From Candidatus Kerfeldbacteria bacterium RIFCSPHIGHO2_12_FULL_48_17 (GTDB lineage Bacteria > Patescibacteriota > Patescibacteriia > HO2-48-17), in contig MHKD01000013.1 of the NCBI GenBank assembly GCA_001818775.1, positions 14,217 through 64,442 of the forward strand: a stretch of 50,226 bases of DNA, read 5' to 3'. Shown one piece after another: positions 16,111 through 25,927 of this stretch (within the stretch, counting starts at the first letter, position 1; each line of letters begins with the position of its first letter). A program made the position numbers and the translations under genes. The notes beneath the pieces are model-generated. The model was not told where the DNA came from and did no database searches. It was given only the letters and a program-made list of their open reading frames with translations.

Positions 16111-18135
16111 ATGAACAACAAAAGCGGCGAAAAGAGCGAAAAGAAACGAAAATTCGTGGAAAGCGCCCAGGATCAGGACGAAGAGGAGATGAAAAAAAAC
16201 ACCCAATCGGCTTTGTCGGCAATATATCATGACGAAGACGATGAAGATCAGGTTGACATGACGAAGTTTGAGACCAGGTCAAAATACCATTATCTTAAAG
16301 TTGGTGTATTTATTTTTCTGGGAATAGCCGTAATCGCGACGGTTTTTTTGGGAATATACACCTTTCGCGGCAACAGTTTTTTCCGGGGCGCTTCAGCCGA
16401 TAAAAAAGCAACCGATATCGAAATTATTGGTCCGAAATCAGTGGCTTCGGGCGATGAAGTCAGTTTTGATATTGTTGTGCATAATCGGGATACCGTTGCC
16501 ATCAGCAAAGGGCAGCTGGAAATGCGCTATCCAACCGGGTTTCGCTTGGCGCGCACCAGCCCCCAGGGCACCAATGCCGAGCAGACCATCTGGCAGGTGC
16601 CGGACATTCAGGCCGGAGCAGCGTATAAAGTCACCATCGCCGGTCAGATTCTCGGTGAAGTGCACACGGCAAAAGATTTCCGGGCGACATTTCATTATCA
16701 ACCATCAAATTTTTCCTCCACATTTGAAGTAACGCAAACGCATACCGTCAACATTGATTCTTCCATCATTGAAGCCGAAGTGAAAATCCCGCAACAGGCG
16801 ATCCCTGAGCAGGAACTCCCCCTTGAAATCAAAATAAAAAACACCTCCGACAAACCCATTGATCAGATAAAAGTAGAGATCAAGTATCCGGCCGAATTCA
16901 CGTTTGTTTCCAGTAAACCGGACAGCGAAACCAAGAATGATACCTGGATACTCAAGAATGTCGCCGCTAAAGAGGACACCGCCCTCGCGGTAAAGGGTAA
17001 GCTCAAAGCCAAGGCCAGCGATGAGCTCACGTTCACGACAACGCTGAGCATTCAAAATCCCGAAGGCAACTTCACCATCCAACAGGAGAAAGAAAACAAG
17101 ATAAAAGTGATTAACCCCAAGGTTGATGTTTCTTTCAAAGTGAACGGGACATCAGATGATTCTGCCTTTTCGCTGGGAGATGATATTGCTTTTGAACTCA
17201 GCTACAGCAACACCAGCGATGTGACCCTGCACAATGCAGTTTTGGAAATGACGATCGCCGATGATTTCGAGGCGTACGATCTGAAAAGTCTTGATTTTAA
17301 GGAGGGGAAAACACCGCAGATAGATAACAACATCATACGCTGGACAAACGAGCAGATTAAAAATTTCACCGAAATAAAACCGGGGGATAAGAGTACTATC
17401 AAATGGACCATTCCCACGGCCAAAGAAGCATCCGTGTTTCCCGATCCGCCGACCGAAATAGCAGTGCAGAACAAAATGTCTTTCCGGTTTGAACTCGAAG
17501 GCACCGACATCAAGAAAGAAGGGCTTCCCGACGTGTCTGATACGATCACGACGCGTTTGAAAAGCGCCACCAAGCTGACGGCGTTTGCCCGCTACTATGA
17601 CGACAATCGCACCAAAGTCGGCGCCGGGCCGCTGCCACCCGAAGCCAACCAGGAAACATCTTTCCGTGTCTACTGGCAATTCGAAAACACCTACAATGAT
17701 CTGAAAGATCTTACCGTTACCACAAAACTCCCGGATGACGTTACCTGGGATGAAAAGTTCAAGGCGCAGCAGGGCAACCTGACCTACAGTATTGAAAACA
17801 GAACCGTAACGTGGTATTTTGATAAGGTAAAAGCCTATGCCGGGGCAGATGAGTCATTTCAGGCGTATTTCGACGTAACCATCCACCCGACGCAGGATGA
17901 TATGGGCAAGGTCATGATCATCAACAACGAAACACAACTCGCGGCCACTGATGCCTTCGCGCAAACCAAACTCAGTAACACCGCCGCTCTGCTGACGAGT
18001 GATATTCAGACCGACCCCATAGGCAAAGGAGAGGGGGCGGTTGTGGCGGAAACATCGGCAGATCCATCCGGTGGTGCAAAAAACAGCAATAGTAACAGTA
18101 ATACGAATTCATCGAATAAAAATATTAATAAGTAA
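16111..18135 (+). CDS. membrane-anchored surface protein with repeated beta-sandwich (CARDB/DUF11-like) modules
   Basis: 674 aa. It has an acidic N-terminus, one TM (VGVFIFLGIAVIATVFLGIY), and at least three segments matching the pattern 'xFxIxxxNxSDxxxxxxxxExxxPxxF'. The tail is Asn/Ser-rich. Confidence 0.6.
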   Translation: MNNKSGEKSEKKRKFVESAQDQDEEEMKKNTQSALSAIYHDEDDEDQVDMTKFETRSKYHYLKVGVFIFLGIAVIATVFLGIYTFRGNSFFRGASADKKATDIEIIGPKSVASGDEVSFDIVVHNRDTVAISKGQLEMRYPTGFRLARTSPQGTNAEQTIWQVPDIQAGAAYKVTIAGQILGEVHTAKDFRATFHYQPSNFSSTFEVTQTHTVNIDSSIIEAEVKIPQQAIPEQELPLEIKIKNTSDKPIDQIKVEIKYPAEFTFVSSKPDSETKNDTWILKNVAAKEDTALAVKGKLKAKASDELTFTTTLSIQNPEGNFTIQQEKENKIKVINPKVDVSFKVNGTSDDSAFSLGDDIAFELSYSNTSDVTLHNAVLEMTIADDFEAYDLKSLDFKEGKTPQIDNNIIRWTNEQIKNFTEIKPGDKSTIKWTIPTAKEASVFPDPPTEIAVQNKMSFRFELEGTDIKKEGLPDVSDTITTRLKSATKLTAFARYYDDNRTKVGAGPLPPEANQETSFRVYWQFENTYNDLKDLTVTTKLPDDVTWDEKFKAQQGNLTYSIENRTVTWYFDKVKAYAGADESFQAYFDVTIHPTQDDMGKVMIINNETQLAATDAFAQTKLSNTAALLTSDIQTDPIGKGEGAVVAETSADPSGGAKNSNSNSNTNSSNKNINK

Positions 18136-18140
18136 CAACC

Positions 18141-19064
18141 ATGGCCAGGAAAAAAACCGGTGCGGAATCTACTGATGGAGCATCACCAAAGAAAAATGGA
18201 GGGAAGAAGAAAACGAACAGCAGTGTCGTCTGGGTCATCGCCTCCACTATTTTTGTTGGCGCACTGCTCGTATTGATAGCGATTTACGTTGTGCAATCAA
18301 CGGCGAGCAAAGAGGATATTTCCAGCTCAGCTCAGGATGCCGCGGGGCAGGTGAAGGAAGATCTCGAAAAGGAGCTCAACACCATAAAGGAACAGGTGAC
18401 CAATTTGGAAGGTGAGGTGGATAAAACGGCGGAGAGCATTGAGAATACGGAAAAAAAGTTGGGGCAAACCAGCTATACCAGCGATGCCCTGGGAATTTCC
18501 TTTGCCTATCCAAAGACATGGGGCGAAGTCCGGGCAGCGGAAAAAGGCTTCACGGCCGAAGATCTGGAAACAAACCCGGATGCCAAGGGCACCAGGATAG
18601 AGATAACATTTTCCGGCAACAGTAATGTACGCATGGATGGCTACAGCGCTGATTATGCTGCCTACGCCTCAACGGCGTACCGTGGTGATAAGGATCTCAA
18701 GGGATTGTGCCGCGATCCGTTGAAAATCGAAACAGCCGAAGGCGATGTAAAAACCTGCTATATCAATCCCAGCAAGGTGGAGCAGCTCTATTACATAACC
18801 CGCGCCGGCACGCTTCCCGAGGGCGACGCAACGTACCATCTGCAAAATATTACGCAGATAAATTTGAAGGATGATGTCTACACGGGATTTGAATTTATTC
18901 AGAATATTCCCGAAGCCACGGCGCAGGTAAACGCCACCGAAGACGTCGCCAAAACAGCGGAAAATTACGTGAAGAATATGACAGAAGGTGATGTTTCGGA
19001 AAGTGTGAAAAAAAACATCGATGAATATAAACAGGTGGTGGAAAGTTTTACATTAGTGAACTGA
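18141..19064 (+). CDS. membrane-anchored hypothetical protein
   Basis: 307 aa. A basic N-terminus is followed by a TM (VVWVIASTIFVGALLVLIAIYVV), a short coiled-coil and a globular domain. Confidence 0.6.
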   Translation: MARKKTGAESTDGASPKKNGGKKKTNSSVVWVIASTIFVGALLVLIAIYVVQSTASKEDISSSAQDAAGQVKEDLEKELNTIKEQVTNLEGEVDKTAESIENTEKKLGQTSYTSDALGISFAYPKTWGEVRAAEKGFTAEDLETNPDAKGTRIEITFSGNSNVRMDGYSADYAAYASTAYRGDKDLKGLCRDPLKIETAEGDVKTCYINPSKVEQLYYITRAGTLPEGDATYHLQNITQINLKDDVYTGFEFIQNIPEATAQVNATEDVAKTAENYVKNMTEGDVSESVKKNIDEYKQVVESFTLVN

Positions 19065-19065
19065 G

Positions 19066-19716
19066 ATGTCGGATGAGCGGCAGGGATTTTACGCGACCAA
19101 AGACAGTCCCTATTTTTTCGATAGATTTGTGTTCTGGTTCCGCACGAATTTTGATGTGGTGAAAGAGGCGTTGTTATTGCCCCCCGTGAAAATTTTGTAC
19201 CGTGTGGGGCTGCGGCCGAATCATCTGTCGGTACTGGGGTTCGTGTGCGGAGTCAGTGCACCACTGTGGCTGTACTTTACCGAGGCGACATGGCCGACAT
19301 CTCTGGCTATTGTGTTGTTTTTTGTGTTTGATGGGATGGATGGCACCATGGCGCGGCACTATAAACTGACGCGACCGGCGGGGAAGTGGGTGGATATTTT
19401 GATTGATCTTACGACCAGCGCGATTCTGCTTTTCGGCATTGGTGTGGTCACGGGACATGGAATGCTTGGGGGTTTGGCGACGGCGGAATTCGTCATTATG
19501 GAAGCATTGTATTTCTGGTTGCTGCGGCGGGGGGTGCTGCGCGCGCCGATGCATGGGCACCTCGCCGCCAACGTGGCATTTATACTGACGTGGTACACGT
19601 TCGGTATTTGGCTGCATATTTTTCTGAATACCCTGAGTCTGATTTTTGGTTTATATTTTGCGGCACAGGTCTTGCGCAAACAAAACTTGCACCGACGCGG
19701 AAAATCCGTAAAATAA
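19066..19716 (+). CDS. CDP-alcohol phosphatidyltransferase family protein
   Basis: DGMDGTMARHYKLTRPAGKWVDILIDLTT fits the DGx2ARx8Gx3Dx3D motif. It is a multi-TM protein. Confidence 0.8.
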   Translation: MSDERQGFYATKDSPYFFDRFVFWFRTNFDVVKEALLLPPVKILYRVGLRPNHLSVLGFVCGVSAPLWLYFTEATWPTSLAIVLFFVFDGMDGTMARHYKLTRPAGKWVDILIDLTTSAILLFGIGVVTGHGMLGGLATAEFVIMEALYFWLLRRGVLRAPMHGHLAANVAFILTWYTFGIWLHIFLNTLSLIFGLYFAAQVLRKQNLHRRGKSVK

Positions 19717-19720
19717 TGCT

Positions 19721-20866
19721 ATGACATTTACGCTTCATAGATCACAGAGTTCAGGCTCCTCGCCCCGGCGCGGCAGTCTGAAAACAGCCCATGGCGCCAT
19801 AGAAACGCCATTTTTTATGCCCATCGCCACCAAAGGTGCGGTGAAGACGCTGTCATCGGCTGATATGGCGGGGCTTGGCGCGGGTATTCTGCTGTCCAAC
19901 ACCTATCATCTGTATATGCGGCCGGGTTTGGAAATCATGCAAAAGGCCGGCGGGTTGCACCGCTTCATGAACTGGTCCGGCCCCATACTCACGGATTCCG
20001 GCGGTTATCAGGTGTTCAGTCTCAGTAAGATGCGCACACTGAGCGAACAAGGTGTCGAGTTTCAGTCACCCTGGGACGGGTCAAAGCACATGCTGACTCC
20101 GGAAAAATCCATTGCCATTCAGCAGACGCTGGGTTCGGATATTGTGATGGCATTTGACGAGTGTCCACCGTATCCCTGTGAAAAAAAATACGCGCACGAA
20201 GCCGTGGAGCGCACCACGCGCTGGGCGCAGCGCAGCCAGGAACAGTTTCAGCAAAAGATCGCCGACCAGCCCAACCGCGGGCAACTGCTTTTTGGCATCG
20301 TGCAGGGGTCAGTTTACGCGGACTTGCGTGCACAGAGCGCTCGCGAGCTGCAAGCCATAGGGTTTGATGGATATGCGATCGGTGGACTGGCCGTTGGTGA
20401 GCCGACGGAAAGTATGTACGAAACTTTGGCCAGTACGCTCGAGGAGTTGCCGGCAGATAAACCGCGCTACCTCATGGGCGTCGGTAAGCCGGAAAATATT
20501 GTTCAGGCTGTTCGTTTAGGTGTTGATATGTTTGATTGTGTTATCCCATCACGTAATGCCCGTCATGGGCTGGCCTATGTGTGGCGCGAAAAAAACGCGG
20601 CCTCAGATAGCGCTGCTGCGCCGAAAAGCGCGCCACTGAGCGGCGCAGCATTTTATGAAACCGTACACATCACCAACGAAAAAAATAAAACAGCCTTTAC
20701 GGTTTTGGATTCCGCATGCGGCTGTCTGGCTTGCGGTGGCGGGTACACGCGTGCTTACCTGCATCATCTGTTTCGCGTCGGCGAAGCGCTCGGACAACGC
20801 CTCCTGACGGCACATAACATAAAATTTTACCTTGATCTCATGACGCGGTTGAAAGGTGCTATATAA
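19721..20866 (+). CDS. tgt: tRNA-guanine transglycosylase (queuine tRNA-ribosyltransferase)
   Basis: Motifs TPFFMPIATKGAVK, LSNTYHL, TDSGGYQVFSL and GYAIGGLAVGE, plus the zinc site CGCLAC...H. There is an Ala/Ser-rich insert before the zinc site. Confidence 0.95.
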   Translation: MTFTLHRSQSSGSSPRRGSLKTAHGAIETPFFMPIATKGAVKTLSSADMAGLGAGILLSNTYHLYMRPGLEIMQKAGGLHRFMNWSGPILTDSGGYQVFSLSKMRTLSEQGVEFQSPWDGSKHMLTPEKSIAIQQTLGSDIVMAFDECPPYPCEKKYAHEAVERTTRWAQRSQEQFQQKIADQPNRGQLLFGIVQGSVYADLRAQSARELQAIGFDGYAIGGLAVGEPTESMYETLASTLEELPADKPRYLMGVGKPENIVQAVRLGVDMFDCVIPSRNARHGLAYVWREKNAASDSAAAPKSAPLSGAAFYETVHITNEKNKTAFTVLDSACGCLACGGGYTRAYLHHLFRVGEALGQRLLTAHNIKFYLDLMTRLKGAI

Positions 20867-20887
20867 ATTTCGTAACACACGCTTTCG

Positions 20888-20896
20888 TGGTATAAT
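20888..20896 (+). promoter_or_regulatory. extended -10 element TGGTATAAT
   Basis: Read directly from the sequence, 14 nt upstream of the ATG at 20910. Confidence 0.45.
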
Positions 20897-20909
20897 ATAA
20901 ACACAAAAC

Positions 20910-21326
20910 ATGGCAGAAAAAATCAATACAACAACTGAAAGCATCAAAGTTGCGGCCAAGCATATTTTCCGGGGTTTTGTCTGGGATATTTTGTATTTCC
21001 CGGTGTGGTTGGTCACATCCGGCGGCAAACGCATCGTCATGAACGCCAAATCATGGATTCAGGACTATGCGCACCGTTTTGCCCTCTCTTTGCTGGCAAA
21101 AAGTCTGCTCAAGCCCATGTTTGGTCAAAGGGACTGGCAGGGCAGAATCATCAGCTTTTTTGTGCGCCTCGTCCACCTCATCATTCTCAGCACGGGTTGG
21201 CTGGTCTGGAGCAGCATCGTTATCGCCATTACCGGCGTTATTTTGTTGTTTCCGGTTTTTGCACTGTGGGCGATGCTCTACCAATTCGGCGTCATCAGTA
21301 ACGCGCCTTTTTACTGGTTTTTATAA
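20910..21326 (+). CDS. hypothetical membrane protein
   Basis: 138 aa with several hydrophobic segments. Its stop is 3 nt before the Clp-like gene. Confidence 0.55.
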   Translation: MAEKINTTTESIKVAAKHIFRGFVWDILYFPVWLVTSGGKRIVMNAKSWIQDYAHRFALSLLAKSLLKPMFGQRDWQGRIISFFVRLVHLIILSTGWLVWSSIVIAITGVILLFPVFALWAMLYQFGVISNAPFYWFL

Positions 21327-21329
21327 TCC

Positions 21330-24125
21330 ATGTCGGGTACCAACATTCTTGATCCCAAACAAAATCACAATCCCGTATTTCATGAATGTAAAACATGCAA
21401 TGGGTATGGTTTTTTGCTGTACGGAAGCGGAAAAACCACAATCTGCACGCGCTGCGGCGGGAAAAAAAGTTTACTCGGCGTTTACGGCGGCAGAGTTTTG
21501 TACTGGGGCCGTCTCTTGAGCGACACGACACTTTTCGAAGAAAAAATCGTACGCGGAATAAAACGGATCCGTATCGGTATTCTCATCAGTTTTGCCGCGC
21601 TCGGCGTTATTATGGCGGTGAGTGAATTTTGGCGCATCAGCAAAACCAGTTTTGATCTGACCGAACTCCTGACCAACCGAAGTTTTGAACTCGCGATTTT
21701 TTACACGTCACTTCTGGCCGATATTTATGTCTGGTACCTGCTCAACCTCACGAGGATTATCCGCCACCCGCTGCCATGGCGGAGTCACCGACCCGAAGAC
21801 GTCCTGCAGCTGGGCGGCATTCGCACGTGGGAAGAAGCCATGAGCGCACCAGAAAAAACACAGGCCGATGTTTCACAGTATCTCAACCAGGAAGCGGAAC
21901 GCATCATTGATGCTTCCTACGATATAGCCAAACAATACCACCATGTTGCTCTGGAACCGGCGCATCTGCTGGTGGTGTTGCTGCCAACCAAAGAAGTGCG
22001 TCTCATTTTCGGCCGGCTGGGTCTGCCGGCAAAACCCTTTATTGATCGTTTACAGCGCGTTCTCGCCCGAATGATAAGTGGCCAGGGAAACCCGCACATC
22101 AGTCATGCGTGGCAGCAAGCAATGATTACGGCGTACCAGGAAGCGTTCGAAGCGCAGCGCGATCAGATTACCCTGCTTGATGTGCTTATTGGCGCCGTGA
22201 AATCGGATCGAATGCTCTACGAAATATTTTTCGATCTGGAAGTTGATATCGCCAAACTCAAGCACGTTGCTGAATGGATTCAGACGCAGCGGAAAATGGT
22301 GGAGCGGTTGCAAAAGTGGCAGGCCGAAGCATCGCTCAAACCGAAAAAAACCATGAACCGTGCCCTGACGGCAAAACTCACCCCGGCACTGGACAGCATG
22401 AGTCAGGACTGGACGATCATGGCCCGCGGCAGTAATTTTTATCCTTTGATCGGGCGCAAAAAAGAAATGGAAGAATTGCTGCGCGCATTGCAGGAGGAAG
22501 GTGGGAGCGCGCTGATTGTCGGGCCATCCGGAAGCGGGAAGTCGGCGTTGATTCAGGGGTTGTCGGAAAAAATGGCGGCTGAGTTTGTGCCGTCAAGCCT
22601 GCAGGATAAGCGCCTGGTCGCCATGGATGTGGGCTCGATGGTGGCCAGCGCCGGTGGGGTGGGTGCGGCCGAAGGGAGACTGCTTCAGGCTATGAATGAA
22701 ATTAACGCAGCCGGGAATATTATTTTGGTGATAGAAGATATTGATTCCATGTTCACGGCGGTTGGGGGAGCGGCCCGTGAAACGGCGAACATGCTGCTCA
22801 AATATATTTCCCAGGGTTTTATCAAAGTGATCGCCACGGCTACGACGGAAAATTACCAGCGCTATTTGCAAAACAATACCAGCCTGGTGCGGCGTTTCAA
22901 ACGCGTTGTGCTCGAAGAAACTGATTTTGACGAATCCATGCGCGTGTTGCAATCACGAACCGGCATTTTCGAATACCGACACAAGGCGTATTTTTCCTAT
23001 GATGCTCTCGAAAAAGCCATTCATTTGACGGCCAAATATATTCATGATCGTTACCTGCCGGAAAAAGCCATTGATGTGCTGGAGCAGGCCTGTATTTATG
23101 CCAGTGAAACGCGCGGTGAAAATACGATTGTGAGCGGTGAAGATATTGCTCAGATTATCGCCCAGCGCACCAATATTCCGGTCACCAAAATCACGGAAGA
23201 AGAAAGTCATAAGTTGCTCAACCTTGAGGATCAGATTCATGAGCGCATGATTGATCAGGTCGAAGCGGTGCAGGCCGTGGCGTCAGCTTTGCGCCGGGCC
23301 CGCGGTGAACTGCGCGATGAAACCAAACCAATCGCCAACTTTCTGTTTCTGGGTCCAACCGGTGTTGGTAAAACCGAATTAGCCAAAACCGTGGCCGAAA
23401 GTTATTTTGGCGATGAGCGCAGTATGGTGCGTATTGATATGTCCGAATACCAGGATAAGGCCAGCATTTACCGGTTGATCGGCGCTCCGGCCGGGTCTGG
23501 TGGAGAATCAGGTGGTTATCTGACCGAGGCGATCAGGCAGACACCGTTTACGTTGTTGCTGCTTGATGAACTGGAAAAAGCACACCCAGATATTTTGAAT
23601 ATATTTTTGCAGGTTATGGACGATGGCCGTTTGACGGACGCATTGGGTCGCACGATTGATTTTACGCAGACGATTATTGTGGCTACATCAAATGCCGGCT
23701 CACAGATGATTCAGGAAGGTATGCGAAAAGGGGCAACCGTAGAGCGGATAAAAGAACAGCTCATGGAAGAGGAGCTGCAGAAATACTATCGTCCGGAATT
23801 TTTGAACCGTTTTGATGCGATTGTGGTGTTTAAGCCGTTGTCGCCGGATGATATTTTCGAAATTGCGAAGTTGATGCTCAAGCGCATTAGCAAATCACTG
23901 GAAAAGAAAGGTATGCAGTTTCGGGCTGCTGATGAAGCCGTTCGGGAGCTAGCGAAGATTGGGTATGATCCCAAGTTTGGCGCACGGCCGATGCGGCGCG
24001 TGATTCAAAATTCGGTGGAAGATGCGTTGGCGAAATTGTTACTGACACAAAAAATCGGCAGGCGCGATACGGTGCTGCTGGAAGCCGGCGGGAAATTGCG
24101 AATTGAAAAGGCGGAAGTGTTATAA
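21330..24125 (+). CDS. Clp/Hsp100-family AAA+ ATPase with N-terminal zinc finger and TM anchor
   Basis: Two CxxCxGxG-type motifs (CKTCNGYG, CTRCGGKK) and two hydrophobic helices precede Clp_N-like repeats. D1 has Walker A GPSGSGKS. D2 has GPTGVGKTELAK, LLLLDELEKAH and GARPMRR. Confidence 0.85.
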   Translation: MSGTNILDPKQNHNPVFHECKTCNGYGFLLYGSGKTTICTRCGGKKSLLGVYGGRVLYWGRLLSDTTLFEEKIVRGIKRIRIGILISFAALGVIMAVSEFWRISKTSFDLTELLTNRSFELAIFYTSLLADIYVWYLLNLTRIIRHPLPWRSHRPEDVLQLGGIRTWEEAMSAPEKTQADVSQYLNQEAERIIDASYDIAKQYHHVALEPAHLLVVLLPTKEVRLIFGRLGLPAKPFIDRLQRVLARMISGQGNPHISHAWQQAMITAYQEAFEAQRDQITLLDVLIGAVKSDRMLYEIFFDLEVDIAKLKHVAEWIQTQRKMVERLQKWQAEASLKPKKTMNRALTAKLTPALDSMSQDWTIMARGSNFYPLIGRKKEMEELLRALQEEGGSALIVGPSGSGKSALIQGLSEKMAAEFVPSSLQDKRLVAMDVGSMVASAGGVGAAEGRLLQAMNEINAAGNIILVIEDIDSMFTAVGGAARETANMLLKYISQGFIKVIATATTENYQRYLQNNTSLVRRFKRVVLEETDFDESMRVLQSRTGIFEYRHKAYFSYDALEKAIHLTAKYIHDRYLPEKAIDVLEQACIYASETRGENTIVSGEDIAQIIAQRTNIPVTKITEEESHKLLNLEDQIHERMIDQVEAVQAVASALRRARGELRDETKPIANFLFLGPTGVGKTELAKTVAESYFGDERSMVRIDMSEYQDKASIYRLIGAPAGSGGESGGYLTEAIRQTPFTLLLLDELEKAHPDILNIFLQVMDDGRLTDALGRTIDFTQTIIVATSNAGSQMIQEGMRKGATVERIKEQLMEEELQKYYRPEFLNRFDAIVVFKPLSPDDIFEIAKLMLKRISKSLEKKGMQFRAADEAVRELAKIGYDPKFGARPMRRVIQNSVEDALAKLLLTQKIGRRDTVLLEAGGKLRIEKAEVL

Positions 24126-24205
24126 AAGTGTGGGGTACGAAATTTTGTCTCGTCTTGCGTATGCCACACGCGTTCGACAAAATTTGTCCCACACACTTTT
24201 TTTTA
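24124..24205 (+). terminator. long-stem rho-independent terminator
   Basis: An imperfect stem of about 22 bp pairs AAAAGTGTGGGGTACGAAATTTTGTC with GACAAAATTTGTCCCACACACTTTT, followed by a T8 run. Confidence 0.7.
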
Positions 24206-24223
24206 TTGACGCTGCGCAAGCAC

Positions 24224-24307
24224 GCAGCCTCATCTGCGCAATTCGCATGTCAGCATCCCGACGTCCGTCGGTCTAGCCGAGCCTAGCAAGTCAAGTGAGC
24301 TTCCTCA
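24224..24307. repeat. 84-bp inverted repeat, left copy
   Basis: It is the reverse complement of 32680-32763, with 72/84 identical positions and no gaps by hand alignment. The central palindrome is CCGACGTCCGTCGG. Confidence 0.9.
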
Positions 24308-24356
24308 GAAACATATAAACAAACCCCACGTAAATCTTTCCGAAAAGGTACTACTT

Positions 24357-25511
24357 TCAAACTTTTATTTTCTGCAATTTTTCATACTCCGCCAGCGTCT
24401 GCTGGGCGCAGAGTTTCCAGGAAAAAAGCGAGACGCGTCGGTAACCAGCCTGGTGCAGGCGTTCACGCATTTCCTTATTCGTCACCATACTGCGCATACG
24501 TTTTGACCAGGAAAAAATATCTTCCGGGTGCACGAGGGTTGCCGCACCGCCCGTAATTTCCCTCACTACCGGAATGTCCGATGCAATTACCGGCGTACCC
24601 ACCGCCATCGCTTCGAGATTGCCAAGCCCAAAACCTTCCCACAAAGACGGAAAAACAAATGCCGCCGCTTCACGCAACAAAATATTTTTTTCCTGCGCTG
24701 AAATATAGCCGGGCAAAATAATAAAACGCGCATAACGACTGTGACGGGCGGCTGCTACAATTTCCGCGGAACGATAACCGGGTCGACCGGCCAGCACGAG
24801 TTTCAGTTCACGCCAGGCCGATGGGGTATCATCCATAGCTTTCTCGAAGGCGGCGATCAGGCGCAGTAAATTTTTTCGCGGCTCCAGTGTTCCAATGAAG
24901 AGAAAAAATTTTTCCCGGCGCAGCTGAAATTTTTCCATAACAGCATCGGTTTCAGCAACCGTCGGAGTTTCGCGAACGGGCGACACACCTTCTTGGATGG
25001 CAGTGAGTTTGTGTCGGTACTCAGGAAAAAGATGATTCATATCATCGGCGAGCAACCACGAAACCAAAATAATTTTCGCAGCCCGGCGGAAAGAATGTGG
25101 AAAAATCAACCGCGTGCCCAGACGCTGACCCCAGGAAAAAAATTCCGGCCTCAGGTAAACACCGAGATCATGCACCGTGGTGATACTACGGCCGCGATAA
25201 AAATAGGGAATCCCCGTATTGGTCGCGTGAAAAATATCGAGCTTGAAGCGGCGCAAGACCCAGGCATAGACAAGCTGCGAATAGACCAGCGGCAAAAACC
25301 GCCTAAAGCGCGCACCGGAAATCAACACGCAGTGAACGTTGGGCGCCTTAAATTCGTCCCACACCGCACTCTTCTCATCAAAAAACAAAAAATATTCGTT
25401 CTGCCGGTCAATCGCCAGCAAATTTTTTGCCACATGAAAAATATAGTGGGGGACGCCGGCGCCGCCACTTTCCGGAGAGTACATAATTCGACAATCGATT
25501 CCGATACGCAT
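24357..25511 (-). CDS. GT4-family glycosyltransferase
   Basis: MRIGIDCR is a typical GT4 start; the longer ORF begins at a GTG at 25592. EGFGLGNLEAMAVGTPVI is present. It is a paralog of the gene at the window start. Confidence 0.85.
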   Translation of the reverse strand: MRIGIDCRIMYSPESGGAGVPHYIFHVAKNLLAIDRQNEYFLFFDEKSAVWDEFKAPNVHCVLISGARFRRFLPLVYSQLVYAWVLRRFKLDIFHATNTGIPYFYRGRSITTVHDLGVYLRPEFFSWGQRLGTRLIFPHSFRRAAKIILVSWLLADDMNHLFPEYRHKLTAIQEGVSPVRETPTVAETDAVMEKFQLRREKFFLFIGTLEPRKNLLRLIAAFEKAMDDTPSAWRELKLVLAGRPGYRSAEIVAAARHSRYARFIILPGYISAQEKNILLREAAAFVFPSLWEGFGLGNLEAMAVGTPVIASDIPVVREITGGAATLVHPEDIFSWSKRMRSMVTNKEMRERLHQAGYRRVSLFSWKLCAQQTLAEYEKLQKIKV

Positions 25512-25612
25512 ACCTTGAGAGTAAAATTCTGTAAGGCGTGAATAAAAACCTAACTCGCTATCAAAACATATTTTGCCAGATTTTGCAAGCACAAAACACT
25601 TTTTACTCTGTA

Positions 25613-25681
25613 GACCTGAGGATATATCTTTTTCTTGCTCCGGACTCCGCCGGGACTACGAAAAAGACATATCCTCAGGTC
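25613..25681. repeat. hairpin element H1 (22-bp stem, 25-nt loop)
   Basis: The stem (25613-25634 pairing with 25660-25681) has one A:C mismatch. The loop TTGCTCCGGACTCCGCCGGGACTAC is shared with H2. Confidence 0.9.
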
Positions 25682-25927
25682 GGCAAGCGTACAAGTTTGA
25701 CATACAAAGCCCAATATGGTTAAGTTGATGGTTATTTATTTAGGGTTTGTCGCCGAATACGCTTTCGTGACGAAATCATGGAATTTTGTGACAGAATTGC
25801 TGAATAAATTTTGAGGTTTATATGGAATATAAGCCGAAAAATTTTGAAGCGGTTCTGGCCAAAATTCAATGATTGCAGTAGAAATGGTATTCGGCGACAG
25901 ACCCATTTAACCGTCCTCCACGCAACT

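Noticed and set aside
24206-24356. The possibility that the left repeat region hides a small gene or a tRNA-derived attachment site.
   Set aside because: There is no ORF with a start and SD and no tRNA-like cloverleaf. The two copies are inverted, not direct, which does not fit attL/attR of an integrative element.
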